Source: Felis catus
Lineage: Eukaryota
Length of the DNA: 64,000 bases
NCBI RefSeq assembly: GCF_018350175.1
Contig: NC_058368.1
Span: 149,670,001-149,734,000 of the forward strand
Reading direction: 5' to 3'
How positions within the stretch are numbered: position 1 is the stretch's first letter; every line of letters starts with the position of its first letter. Shown here in pieces: positions 63,736 to 64,000 of the stretch. The notes under the pieces were generated by a model that searched no databases, was not told the DNA's origin, and saw only the letters and a program-made list of their open reading frames with translations. The position numbers were made by a program, and so were the translations under genes.

Positions 63736-64000
63736 TAAAGACTTAAATTCTTTAGGCAGAGTCAGTAGCTTCGAGAGAATATTGCTGCTTATATTATAGA
63801 CATGTAGACGTTTTAAAGGTATTCTTTGATATTGATTTCTAATTATCCCATACTTTGGTAAGAAAGTGTATCTGCCTGATATTAATATTTAGAACCTGTT
63901 GAAGCTTCATCCCTGGCCTAGTACATGACAGTTTTTGAATATTCTGTACAATCTCAAAAATGTTATGTAGTCTCAGCTTTTTGAAGGATGTGCTTGCGCT

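Overview
This is mammalian, repeat-rich, AT-rich nuclear DNA, almost certainly from a felid: the young SINE copies have the felid CAN-SINE/SINEC_Fc form 'ggggcgcctgggtggcgcagtcggttaagcgtccgacttcagccaggtcacg...'. It looks intergenic or deep intronic, and I can support no intact protein-coding gene. The only recognisable cellular gene sequence is a full-length but disabled processed RPL4 pseudogene (42831-44235, +) nested inside a LINE-1. The rest is about 29 carnivore tRNA-derived SINEs (many with target-site duplications, TSDs), three large LINE-1 remnants (7270-10720 -, 40580-44880 +, 60524-63215 +), smaller L1/L2/MIR/LTR/hAT remnants and microsatellites. Nearly all ORFs in the track are repeat-derived or random. 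I see no evidence of a new biological system. The unexplained signals most worth checking are: a polyadenylated fragment fused to a 153-bp copy of nearby DNA (about 16940-17212); a 64-nt pre-miRNA-sized hairpin with a perfect 16-bp stem (34237-34300); a 97.5% AT palindrome-rich block (30361-30600); a stray L1-ORF2 snippet at the RPL4 insertion junction; an L1 that splits a SINE within a serial-insertion hotspot; and a cluster of NRF2/AP-1 motifs. Repeat family names come from recalled consensus sequences, not a database search, and boundaries without TSDs are approximate.
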